In this document: in pieces, positions 12,409-25,500 of the stretch
Numbering within the stretch: the stretch's first letter is position 1
How the letters are laid out: each line of letters begins with the position of its first letter
Source: Nemertoderma westbladi
Lineage: Eukaryota; Animalia; Xenacoelomorpha
DNA: 64,000 nt
Direction of reading: 5' to 3'
Assembly: GCA_032718475.1 (NCBI GenBank)
Contig: JAUCBJ010009126.1
Span: forward strand, 3,419-67,418
Notes under the pieces: generated by a model
What the model saw: only the letters and a program-made list of their open reading frames with translations
Told to the model about the DNA's origin: nothing
Database searches by the model: none
Position numbers and translations under genes: made by a program

Positions 12409-13399
12409 ACAATCATCTTCTATACGAAAGATATCATGCTATCCATGCAAAGTGACAAGTTATAGTGATTAAATGTTGGCCCAAACTTGTCAAAAACTCA
12501 TAAAATAGCACATTATAGAGTTACCTAGTAGGTTACTCGACCTAGTAGTAGTAGTGATATAAAGTTGGAAAATATACGCCCTGGCGATTTGGTAGGGCGA
12601 AATTAATTTCATACAAATAAATAAATACCATATTATAGTGCGGGATAACAGTAATTGCACATTTCTTGAAACTATATTGCTATATTAACATTTGTGGAAT
12701 CATTGTTTCAGTTCAATGAAACAATAATTGTTGAATTCGTTGAACCATTCATAGCTCTGATCCGTCAGATAAAAGAGCAGCGTTCCAATCAATATTAGCT
12801 AACAATCAGATGAGGCCACATGGACCAATCCTACTATTGTTGGAGTTTTCATGCTGTTTGAATTGCCATCAATATTAATTCGAAATGAAAATCCCGATTG
12901 CTTGCTAGATCTAATGTTCCTCGGTTGATTAGAATAATCTAAAAAAGGTATTTTCTTAACAATAAATATTGAGGAAAGATATTACTTAAGACATATCTGA
13001 GTCACAGACACACACAGTGTCAATAAAATCACCTTATACCGAATTAAGTCGTATTTGAATGTCGCACCAGGTTATTTCCACACGATTAAAATCATATATA
13101 ATAAATACATCACATTATCACCTATAATACATGTTATTATCGATTATATTAAATCCTTTGTGTATTTCTGTCTGGTCATCGAACCTCAACTGTCTGGTGC
13201 ATTATATACAATCATCCAATGGATTGTATTTCATGTGGGTCTTTACTGTTAGGAGATTGTAAATTTTTGCATAGGAGATACACAGCACCTCTGTGTGACT
13301 AATGGAACCCCAGAGCAGAATGGTATGGAAGGTCAGGAGGAAATAAAGTTAATACAAATAAATCAACAATAATATTACCCTTGAAAAAAAGGAAAAATA

Positions 13400-13485
13400 T
13401 ATAATCTATTCTATATAATCTATATCTTCCTATATCCTATATATCCTATATATCTTATCTATCTATAATCTTATATAATCTATTC
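13400..13485. repeat. Low-complexity TATC/TATA tract
   Basis: Degenerate repeats such as tataatctattctatataatctatatcttcctatatcc. Confidence 0.6.
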
Positions 13486-13529
13486 GATACAAATATACTT
13501 ACAACCTACATCAATATACGATGATTCGA

Positions 13530-14520
13530 CGACATTTGTGTCTCCTGTCAACGGTGACACAGAACCATTTGAAGTGTTATGGGGATTCAGGGGGACACAC
13601 TTGCACCATTCTTGTTCATTATTGTGGTTGACTATGTTCTACGCATGTCCTTAGATCATCATAATGATGATGGGGAGATGGTAACTCCACCTACTGGCTC
13701 CAGAAGTCGAGGAAATCCTGCCAAGTACCTAACTGATCTAGACTTTGGTGATGACTTAGGAGTACTCTCAGAATCACTAGAGGGAGCCCAACGGCTCCTC
13801 AGCTTATTAGAACATGCTGCTTCTAGTGTTGGTCTTTTTATTAACTCAAAAAAAAAAATTTTGACAGTTAACTTTGAAAGTCCTCAGCAAGTCTCTGATC
13901 GGATGACCATAAGCTCAATTGATGGTATGCTTGAGCATGTGGACGACTTCTGTTACCTGGGATCATGGATCCGAAAGTCAGGTGAGGACCTTAGAATACG
14001 TAAGGGAAAGGCATGAGCAGCCTTGAATAGGTTTTCCAGGCTTTGGAAGTCACCGAGAATTAATCGGAAACTTAAGGTCCGATTATTTAGAGCAGCAGTA
14101 GTTCCAGTACACCTCTACGGGAGTCCATGCTAGGCTCTAACTGCTGAGGACACCAAATCTCTGGATGGCACATTCACAAGGATGCACGCCGGGTTCATTG
14201 TGTCAAGTACAATGCACACATCTCCAACCAGACACTATATAACATTGGAGGTGTCTCATTGGTTCCCCCAAGCTTGACACTAGAACAAAGTCGCCTCTGC
14301 ATTACAGGACATTGCTTTCGCCGTGAAGACCAGAAATGCATGATCTTGTGCTTTGGCACCCCAATGGAGTGAATAAGCGTGGTGGAAAGTCCATGACTTT
14401 CTTGAGACGCATCTTAAAGGACACTGGCCTTGAAGATGCGGATTATCTAGCAAATGTCATGGGTGATAGGGAGTTGTGGCGGCGTAATTTTGTCGACAAG
14501 CCGGCACAGCATTCTTAATA
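13530..14520 (+). mobile_element. RTE-clade LINE fragment (RT domain to 3' end), inactivated
   Basis: GDTEPFEV..GIQGDTLAPFLFIIVVDYVLR, YLTDLDFGDDL, FCYLGS. Stops at 14014-14016 and ~14131, plus frameshifts. Collinear and highly similar to 1-850. Confidence 0.92.
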
Positions 14521-14959
14521 AGTATGTAATGCCCATAAAAACCGATAATACCATATATTATATTACTATAAGAAGAACCGAAAAAAATATATGGGCTGCG
14601 ATGAATGGGCTACGACGAATCGGGAGAAATTCCAACCCATAAAAATTAGTGAAGAATAAACAAGATCACAAAACACATGCAATCAGTGTTCACTTGATGG
14701 CTGACAGGAAGATGATACCTGGGATTGGTAGAGCATTTATCAGGATAACAAATTAGGTAAATTCAATTGAGGGGAGGTTTTGTCTATTAAAATTGAAGTG
14801 ACATCCCAGCATTCCTGCTCTATCATATATGTTTATTGCAACAAACAGGTGTGAGTACTCATTCTCATGTGCGAAGGCCCCTCAGTAGTGATACTAACTA
14901 ACTTTTTTTTAAACTATTCCTGTACTAGTTAGTACCTATCTCCGCATCGTCAAGGCCAC

Positions 14960-15940
14960 TGTCCTTTAAGAGGCCTCTTGAGAAAGTCAGGGGCTGTGTC
15001 CAGGTCCACTATGCTGATATACTCCATGGGGCTGCCAAAGCACAAGATTATGCACAGCTGGCTGCGACTTACACATGCTGGCTTAACGAAAATATTTTTG
15101 CTACCACCATGCAATCCCCAATTGGCATGTCGCAATGCAGTGTGCATTAAGAATGCTAGGTCGGCTTATCAACAAAGTAGCACCAACGATGAGATACTAC
15201 CACTACTACTATCATTGATCGATTCCCATGCTTGTGATGATTGCTGCTGTCTTCTGCATCATTAAAGGCATCAACCTGACAGTTGATAAGCTCCTGTAGA
15301 TTATCTGAGTAGTGCCTGAATAGGGACCTAGATGCAACCTTGGTTTCCGTTTTTCCGCTTTAAGGGTATACAGGAACTTTTTCTGCAGCTGCTGCCTTAA
15401 CTGCCTCTGTGAAGGCAGTATAGTCCACACAATGATCTGTTGCCTCAGAGGCAAGAGCCTCATACCTGTTGCTCACCTCTAGTATGAATATGGGTCTGGA
15501 ACTTGTAACCCACTGGATCTATTATGTGTCCACAGCTTACCAGTTTGCTTGTTGAACTAGATGTCAGCTTCAAAGTCTATGAATAAGACAATTAAAGTCA
15601 CACAGGAAAGATATGAATGCATGCTGATCCACTCCATCAGTAGCTGCTTGTAGATTCTGGTATAAATTTTCCACCTCCTCTACTGGGGCAACACTAGTTG
15701 GAGAGTAGCACACAATCAGAACCACCTTAGGAAACTTCTTAGCCAGTCTTCCAGAACATGAGAAGTGGCAACAGATGATGCGGTTAGAGATTTGTTCTAT
15801 TTTGTCCAATACTGCATGTGCAGTTAGATTCACCAATAGACCAATTCCACCTTTGCCACTATCTCATCTAGTGATGCGAGGGCAAGTCGCCCCCCCCCCC
15901 CCCCATGTTCTTATAATCATAACCTCGTCTGTCTGTCCAG
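14960..15940 (-). mobile_element. Rearranged, internally deleted RTE copy: APE endonuclease piece plus 3' end pieces
   Basis: 15570-15836 encodes ISNRIICCHF...VVLIVCYSPT...EVENLYQNL...CDFN (APE-like). 15075-15180 is the reverse complement of the 3' UTR at ~820-915. 14960-15065 matches the RT C-terminal coding region. Confidence 0.8.
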
Positions 15941-16793
15941 TCTCTGGACTTCTGGGCAATCTTGGTCTAGTTAACTGTACAGTACGGTCCAGTAATGTAG
16001 GCATAGCGTTATTTTTGAGATTGACAAGTGTAACATTAGAAATAGCATGCTATTTTTGTACCAGGGTTAAATAGATAGAATCTTACAAACATTATTAACA
16101 AATAAATAAATCACTTACCAACATAGGCCTATATAGTTGTAGTGCTAAGCACTGCAGCGTTACCTCTGAGTGTAAACATAACAGAGCAGAACAGTACAGA
16201 AAAGGTACTTGGAATAGCAGCTGGGCAGAAGCTTACAGTACTGCTGTGCAGATCGTAACCATTATTGGAACCAAACTGCCCACCAAGTAGTTTACTGCAG
16301 TACCAGTGAGTAAGATTAAGTGCAATTGTTATGAATTACCATATTCATACCGAAGCTACTCACACACACAATTTTAACAAATTAATATACAGTCAATTAA
16401 TACAGTTCAGTTAATTTAAGTGTAGCAGATGTGAATCTAGCACTGTAGGTACAATACGTTTGTGAGTACAGTATAATGTACATAGTTGTTTTAGTACTAT
16501 GGCTAGACCATGCTGCTATTTATAACTATTACTGAATCCTTAATTCCAATTACAACAGCACAAGTACGTCGTTCACAGATTGAATTCACAGTTTAAATAT
16601 AGTAAAACCTCAATAAATTCATACAGGAAATGTTTCTTGGGACTGTGATATCATTGCAGATCTAAGAAAACTTCGCGGTTGTCAAAAAGGAATTAGTATT
16701 TGTCATCCTGAGACCAGATATATCCGATAAAATCCCCGATAAATCGCTCCTGGCTTAAGGTATGTTCACATAACATGTGCATTGTATGTATAT

Positions 16794-19005
16794 GGGGTGT
16801 ACGTGGTTGTGTAAGGAGGTGAGGGGGTCCGAATAGAATACACAACCGATCGACACAGCTGTGTACGCACACATACAACAAACTGGTGTACGTGATTGTG
16901 TGTAAGGAGGTGAGGGGGTCCGAATAGAATACACAACCGATCGACACAGCTGTGTACGTACACATACAACAAACTGGTGTACGTGGTTGAGTGTAAGGAG
17001 GTGAGGGGGTCCGAATAGAATACACAACCGATCGACACAGCTGTGTACACATACAACAAACTGGTGTACGTGGGTGTGTGTAAGGAGGTGGGTGTGTACG
17101 TGGGTGTGTGTAAGGAGGTGAGGGGGTCCGAATAGAATACACAACCGATCGACACAGCTGTGTACACATACAACAAACTGGTGTACGTGATTGTGTGTAA
17201 GGAGGTGAGGGGGTCCGAATAGAATACACAACCGATCGACACAGCTGTGTACGTACACATACAACAAACTGGTGTAGGTGGGTGTGTGTAAGGAGGTGAG
17301 GGGGTCCGAATAGAACACACAACCGATCGACACAGCTGTGTACACATACAACAAACTGGTGTACGTGGGTGTGTGTAAGGAGGTGAGGGGTTCCGAATAG
17401 AATACACAACCGATCGACACAGCTGTGTACACATACAACAAACTGGTGTACGTGGGTGTGTGTAAGGAGGTGAGGGGGGTCCGAATAGAATACACAACCG
17501 ATCGACACAGCTGTGTACACATACAACAAACTGGTGTACGTGGTTGAGTGTAAGGAGGTGAGGGGTTCCGAATAGAATACACAACCGATCGACACAGCTG
17601 TGTACACATACAACAAACTGGTGTACGTGGGTGTGTGTAAGGAGGTGAGGGGGTCCGAATAGAATACACAACCGATCGACACAGCTGTGTACGTACACAT
17701 ACAACAAACTGGTGTACGTGGTTGAGTGTAAGGAGGTGAGGGGGTCCGAATAGAAAACACAACCGATCGACACAGCTGTGTACGTACACATACAACAAAC
17801 TGGTGTACGTGGTTGAGTGTAAGGAGGTGAGGGGTTCCGAATAGAATACACAACCGATCGACACAGCTGTGTACGCACACATACAACAAACTGGTGTACG
17901 TGGTTGTGTGTAAGGAGGTGAGGGGGTCCGAATAGAATACACAACCGATCGACACAGCTGTGTACGCACACATACAACAAACTGGTGTACGTGGTTGTGT
18001 GTAAGGAGGTGAGGGGGTCCGAATAGAATACACAACCGATCGACACAGCTGTGTACACATACAACAAACTGGTGTACGTGGGTGTGTGTAAGGAGATGAG
18101 GGCGTACGTGGGTTTGTGTAAGGAGGTGGGTGTGTACGTGGGTGTGTGTAAAGAGGTGAGGGGGTCCGAATAGAATACACAACCGATCGACACAGCTGTG
18201 TACACATACAACAAACTGGTGTACGTGGTTGTGTGTAAGGAGGTGAGGGGGTCCGAATAGAATACACAACCGATCGACACAGCTGTGTACGTACACATAC
18301 AACAAACTGGTGTACGTGGTTGAGTGTAAGGAGGTGAGGGGGTCCGAATAGAATACACAACCGATCGACACAGCTGTGTACGTACACATACAACAAACTG
18401 GTGTACGTGGTTGAGTGTAAGGAGGTGAGGGGGTCCGAATAGAATACACAACCGATCGACACAGCTGTGTACGTACACATACAACAAACTGGTGTACGTG
18501 GTTGAGTGTAAGGAGGTGAGGGGGTCCGAATAGAATACACAACCGATCGACACAGCTGTGTACACATACAACAAACTGGTGTACGTGGGTGTGTGTAAGG
18601 AGGTGGGTGTGTACGTGGGTGTGTGTAAGGAGGTGAGGGGGTCCGAATAGAATACACAACCGATCGACACAGCTGTGTACACATACAACAAACTGGTGTA
18701 CGTGGGTCTGTGTAAGGAGGTGAGGGGGTCCGAATAGAATACACAACCGATCGACACAGCTGTGTACGTACACATACAACAAACTGGTGTACGTGGTTGT
18801 GTGTAAGGAGGTGAGGGGGTCCGAATAGAATACACAACCGATCGACACAGCTGTGTACACATACAACAAACTGGTGTACGTGGGTCTGTGTAAGGAGGTG
18901 AGGGGGTCCGAATAGAATACACAACCGATCGACACAGCTGTGTACACATACAACAAACTGGTGTACGTGGGTGTGTAAGGAGGTGGGTGTGTACGTGGTT
19001 GTGTG
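16794..19005. repeat. 87-91-bp tandem array, ~24 copies, with occasional short sub-repeats
   Basis: Unit gtgtacgtgg(g/t)tg(t/a)gtgtaaggaggtgagggggtccgaatagaatacacaaccgatcgacacagctgtgtac(gtac)acatacaacaaactg. Confidence 0.97.
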
Positions 19006-19442
19006 AGGATATGTAGAGGCGATTCTATTTTTATTTGCTTTCATTTGGGTTCTAGTATCCCCCCCCCCCTCCCCCCCCCCCCCCCCCCCCCACACCCACG
19101 TACACCACCTCTCTACTTACACCTACCTAGACTCATACACCCACTCATACACTATTAATCTGAAAGTATTACTAGAGGTTTGGGCGCTATATAAATTAAA
19201 ACCTAAAATATCTGATACAGTGGGACACACACTCTAGGATCACCAACTTATCCTGTTCAATACGGGTTTCCTACCTACATTCCCAGTGCCAGATTCGCTC
19301 GGCGCTCCACTTATCAAAGACAAATTCTGTAAAATATCTTCTTCTAATAATTACAGAGCCATTGCTATTTCTTAATCCTAAAAGTTCTAGAATGGGTTGT
19401 TAATATCTCAATGCCATAGCACGTCTGTGGATTAATTTGGAT

Positions 19443-19542
19443 NNNNNNNNNNNNNNNNNNNNNNNNNNNNNNNNNNNNNNNNNNNNNNNNNNNNNNNNNN
19501 NNNNNNNNNNNNNNNNNNNNNNNNNNNNNNNNNNNNNNNNNN
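19443..19542. other. Assembly gap (100 N)
   Basis: Run of n at the left edge of the 73-bp satellite. Confidence 1.
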
Positions 19543-22500
19543 TGGATGATTCCAAAAGATTTCTATAGTACCACTATAACTGTCCAGTTTCTGTAGTTTT
19601 GTATTGTTACCGGCTTTGGATGATTCCAAAAGATTTCTATAGTACACTATAACTGTCCAGTTTCTGTAGTTTTCGTATTGTTACCGGCTTTGGATGATTC
19701 CAAAAGATTTCTATAGTACACTATAACTGTCCAGTTTCTGTAGTTTTGTATTGTTACCGGCTTTGGATGATTCCAAAAGATTTCTATAGTACACTATAAC
19801 TGTCCAGTTTCTGTAGTTTTGTATTGTTACCGGCTTTGGATGATTCCAAAAGATTTCTATAGTACACTATAACTGTCCAGTTTCTGTAGTTTTGTATTGT
19901 TACCGGCTTTGGATGATTCCAAAAGATTTCTATAGTACACTATAACTGTCCAGTTTCTGTAGTTTTGTATTGTTACCGGCTTTGGATGATTCCAAAAGAT
20001 TTCTATAGTACACTATAACTGTCCAGTTTCTGTAGTTTTGTATTGTTACCGGCTTTGGATGATTCCAAAAGATTTCTATAGTACACTATAACTGTCCAGT
20101 TTCTGTAGTTTTGTATTGTTACCGGCTTTGGATGATTCCAAAAGATTTCTATAGTACACTATAACTGTCCAGTTTCTGTAGTTTTGTATTGTTACCGGCT
20201 TTGGATGATTCCAAAAGATTTCTATAGTACACTATAACTGTCCAGTTTCTGTAGTTTTGTATTGTTACCGGCTTTGGATGATTCCAAAAGATTTCTATAG
20301 TACACTATAACTGTCCAGTTTCTGTAGTTTTGTATTGTTACCGGCTTTGGATGATTCCAAAAGATTTCTATAGTACACTATAACTGTCCAGTTTCTGTAG
20401 TTTTGTATTGTTACCGGCTTTGGATGATTCCAAAAGATTTCTATAGTACACTATAACTGTCCAGTTTCTGTAGTTTTGTATTGTTACCGGCTTTGGATGA
20501 TTCCAAAAGATTTCTATAGTACACTATAACTGTCCAGTTTCTGTAGTTTTGTATTGTTACCGGCTTTGGATGATTCCAAAAGATTTCTATAGTACACTAT
20601 AACTGTCCAGTTTCTGTAGTTTTGTATTGTTACCGGCTTTGGATGATTCCAAAAGATTTCTATAGTACACTATAACTGTCCAGTTTCTGTAGTTTTGTAT
20701 TGTTACCGGCTTTGGATGATTCCAAAAGATTTCTATAGTACACTATAACTGTCCAGTTTCTGTAGTTTTGTATTGTTACCGGCTTTGGATGATTCCAAAA
20801 GATTTCTATAGTACACTATAACTGTCCAGTTTCTGTAGTTTTGTATTGTTACCGGCTTTGGATGATTCCAAAAGATTTCTATAGTACACTATAACTGTCC
20901 AGTTTCTGTAGTTTTGTATTGTTACCGGCTTTGGATGATTCCAAAAGATTTCTATAGTACACTATAACTGTCCAGTTTCTGTAGTTTTGTATTGTTACCG
21001 GCTTTGGATGATTCCAAAAGATTTCTATAGTACACTATAACTGTCCAGTTTCTGTAGTTTTGTATTGTTACCGGCTTTGGATGATTCCAAAAGATTTCTA
21101 TAGTACACTATAACTGTCCAGTTTCTGTAGTTTTGTATTGTTACCGGCTTTGGATGATTCCAAAAGATTTCTATAGTACACTATAACTGTCCAGTTTCTG
21201 TAGTTTTCTATTGTTACCGGCTTTGGATGATTCCAAAAGATTTCTATAGTACACTATAACTGTCCAGTTTCTGTAGTTTTGTATTGTTACCGGCTTTGGA
21301 TGATTCCAAAAGATTTCTATAGTACACTATAACTGTCCAGTTTCTGTAGTTTTGCTATTGTTACCGGCTTTGGATGATTCCAAAAGATTTCTATAGTACA
21401 CTATAACTGTCCAGTTTCTGTAGTTTTGTATTGTTACCGGCTTTGGATGATTCCAAAAGATTTCTATAGTACACTATAACTGTCCAGTTTCTGTAGTTTT
21501 GTATTGTTACCGGCTTTGGATGATTCCAAAAGATTTCTATAGTACACTATAACTGTCCAGTTTCTGTAGTTTTGTATTGTTACCGGCTTTGGATGATTCC
21601 AAAAGATTTCTATAGTACACTATAACTGTCCAGTTTCTGTAGTTTTGTATTGTTACCGGCTTTGGATGATTCCAAAAGATTTCTATAGTACACTATAACT
21701 GTCCAGTTTCTGTAGTTTTGTATTGTTACCGGCTTTGGATGATTCCAAAAGATTTCTATAGTACACTATAACTGTCCAGTTTCTGTAGTTTTGTATTGTT
21801 ACCGGCTTTGGATGATTCCAAAAGATTTCTATAGTACACTATAACTGTCCAGTTTCTGTAGTTTTGTATTGTTACCGGCTTTGGATGATTCCAAAAGATT
21901 TCTATAGTACACTATAACTGTCCAGTTTCTGTAGTTTTGTATTGTTACCGGCTTTGGATGATTCCAAAAGATTTCTATAGTACACTATAACTGTCCAGTT
22001 TCTGTAGTTTTGTATTGTTACCGGCTTTGGATGATTCCAAAAGATTTCTATAGTACACTATAACTGTCCAGTTTCTGTAGTTTTGTATTGTTACCGGCTT
22101 TGGATGATTCCAAAAGATTTCTATAGTACACTATAACTGTCCAGTTTCTGTAGTTTTGTATTGTTACCGGCTTTGGATGATTCCAAAAGATTTCTATAGT
22201 ACACTATAACTGTCCAGTTTCTGTAGTTTTGTATTGTTACCGGCTTTGGATGATTCCAAAAGATTTCTATAGTACACTATAACTGTCCAGTTTCTGTAGT
22301 TTTGTATTGTTACCGGCTTTGGATGATTCCAAAAGATTTCTATAGTACACTATAACTGTCCAGTTTCTGTAGTTTTGTATTGTTACCGGCTTTGGATGAT
22401 TCCAAAAGATTTCTATAGTACACTATAACTGTCCAGTTTCTGTAGTTTTGTATTGTTACCGGCTTTGGATGATTCCAAAAGATTTCTATAGTACACTATA

Positions 22501-25500
22501 ACTGTCCAGTTTCTGTAGTTTTGTATTGTTACCGGCTTTGGATGATTCCAAAAGATTTCTATAGTACACTATAACTGTCCAGTTTCTGTAGTTTTGTATT
22601 GTTACCGGCTTTGGATGATTCCAAAAGATTTCTATAGTACACTATAACTGTCCAGTTTCTGTAGTTTTGTATTGTTACCGGCTTTGGATGATTCCAAAAG
22701 ATTTCTATAGTACACTATAACTGTCCAGTTTCTGTAGTTTTGTATTGTTACCGGCTTTGGATGATTCCAAAAGATTTCTATAGTACACTATAACTGTCCA
22801 GTTTCTGTAGTTTTGTATTGTTACCGGCTTTGGATGATTCCAAAAGATTTCTATAGTACACTATAACTGTCCAGTTTCTGTAGTTTTGTATTGTTACCGG
22901 CTTTGGATGATTCCAAAAGATTTCTATAGTACACTATAACTGTCCAGTTTCTGTAGTTTTGTATTGTTACCGGCTTTGGATGATTCCAAAAGATTTCTAT
23001 AGTACACTATAACTGTCCAGTTTCTGTAGTTTTGTATTGTTACCGGCTTTGGATGATTCCAAAAGATTTCTATAGTACACTATAACTGTCCAGTTTCTGT
23101 AGTTTTGTATTGTTACCGGCTTTGGATGATTCCAAAAGATTTCTATAGTACACTATAACTGTCCAGTTTCTGTAGTTTTGTATTGTTACCGGCTTTGGAT
23201 GATTCCAAAAGATTTCTATAGTACACTATAACTGTCCAGTTTCTGTAGTTTTGTATTGTTACCGGCTTTGGATGATTCCAAAAGATTTCTATAGTACACT
23301 ATAACTGTCCAGTTTCTGTAGTTTTGTATTGTTACCGGCTTTGGATGATTCCAAAAGATTTCTATAGTACACTATAACTGTCCAGTTTCTGTAGTTTTGT
23401 ATTGTTACCGGCTTTGGATGATTCCAAAAGATTTCTATAGTACACTATAACTGTCCAGTTTCTGTAGTTTTGTATTGTTACCGGCTTTGGATGATTCCAA
23501 AAGATTTCTATAGTACACTATAACTGTCCAGTTTCTGTAGTTTTGTATTGTTACCGGCTTTGGATGATTCCAAAAGATTTCTATAGTACACTATAACTGT
23601 CCAGTTTCTGTAGTTTTGTATTGTTACCGGCTTTGGATGATTCCAAAAGATTTCTATAGTACACTATAACTGTCCAGTTTCTGTAGTTTTGTATTGTTAC
23701 CGGCTTTGGATGATTCCAAAAGATTTCTATAGTACACTATAACTGTCCAGTTTCTGTAGTTTTCTATTGTTACCGGCTTTGGATGATTCCAAAAGATTTC
23801 TATAGTACACTATAACTGTCCAGTTTCTGTAGTTTTGTATTGTTACCGGCTTTGGATGATTCCAAAAGATTTCTATAGTACACTATAACTGTCCAGTTTC
23901 TGTAGTTTTCTATTGTTACCGGCTTTGGATGATTCCAAAAGATTTCTATAGTACACTATAACTGTCCAGTTTCTGTAGTTTTGTATTGTTACCGGCTTTG
24001 GATGATTCCAAAAGATTTCTATAGTACACTATAACTGTCCAGTTTCTGTAGTTTTGTATTGTTACCGGCTTTGGATGATTCCAAAAGATTTCTATAGTAC
24101 ACTATAACTGTCCAGTTTCTGTAGTTTTGTATTGTTACCGGCTTTGGATGATTCCAAAAGATTTCTATAGTACACTATAACTGTCCAGTTTCTGTAGTTT
24201 TCTATTGTTACCGGCTTTGGATGATTCCAAAAGATTTCTATAGTACACTATAACTGTCCAGTTTCTGTAGTTTTCTATTGTTACCGGCTTTGGATGATTC
24301 CAAAAGATTTCTATAGTACACTATAACTGTCCAGTTTCTGTAGTTTTGTATTGTTACCGGCTTTGGATGATTCCAAAAGATTTCTATAGTACACTATAAC
24401 TGTCCAGTTTCTGTAGTTTTCTATTGTTACCGGCTTTGGATGATTCCAAAAGATTTCTATAGTACACTATAACTGTCCAGTTTCTGTAGTTTTCTATTGT
24501 TACCGGCTTTGGATGATTCCAAAAGATTTCTATAGTACACTATAACTGTCCAGTTTCTGTAGTTTTCTATTGTTACCGGCTTTGGATGATTCCAAAAGAT
24601 TTCTATAGTACACTATAACTGTCCAGTTTCTGTAGTTTTGTATTGTTACCGGCTTTGGATGATTCCAAAAGATTTCTATAGTACACTATAACTGTCCAGT
24701 TTCTGTAGTTTTGTATTGTTACCGGCTTTGGATGATTCCAAAAGATTTCTATAGTACACTATAACTGTCCAGTTTCTGTAGTTTTCTATTGTTACCGGCT
24801 TTGGATGATTCCAAAAGATTTCTATAGTACACTATAACTGTCCAGTTTCTGTAGTTTTCTATTGTTACCGGCTTTGGATGATTCCAAAAGATTTCTATAG
24901 TACACTATAACTGTCCAGTTTCTGTAGTTTTGTATTGTTACCGGCTTTGGATGATTCCAAAAGATTTCTATAGTACACTATAACTGTCCAGTTTCTGTAG
25001 TTTTCTATTGTTACCGGCTTTGGATGATTCCAAAAGATTTCTATAGTACACTATAACTGTCCAGTTTCTGTAGTTTTCTATTGTTACCGGCTTTGGATGA
25101 TTCCAAAAGATTTCTATAGTACACTATAACTGTCCAGTTTCTGTAGTTTTCTATTGTTACCGGCTTTGGATGATTCCAAAAGATTTCTATAGTACACTAT
25201 AACTGTCCAGTTTCTGTAGTTTTGTATTGTTACCGGCTTTGGATGATTCCAAAAGATTTCTATAGTACACTATAACTGTCCAGTTTCTGTAGTTTTGTAT
25301 TGTTACCGGCTTTGGATGATTCCAAAAGATTTCTATAGTACACTATAACTGTCCAGTTTCTGTAGTTTTGTATTGTTACCGGCTTTGGATGATTCCAAAA
25401 GATTTCTATAGTACACTATAACTGTCCAGTTTCTGTAGTTTTGTATTGTTACCGGCTTTGGATGATTCCAAAAGATTTCTATAGTACACTATAACTGTCC

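Noticed and set aside
12130-12455. ORFs over the 20-bp array
   Set aside because: Repeat artefacts on both strands.
16693-19095. Three 727-800-aa Cys/His-rich minus-strand ORFs
   Set aside because: All three frames are open because the unit lacks stops on that strand, and 4-bp indels swap frames freely.
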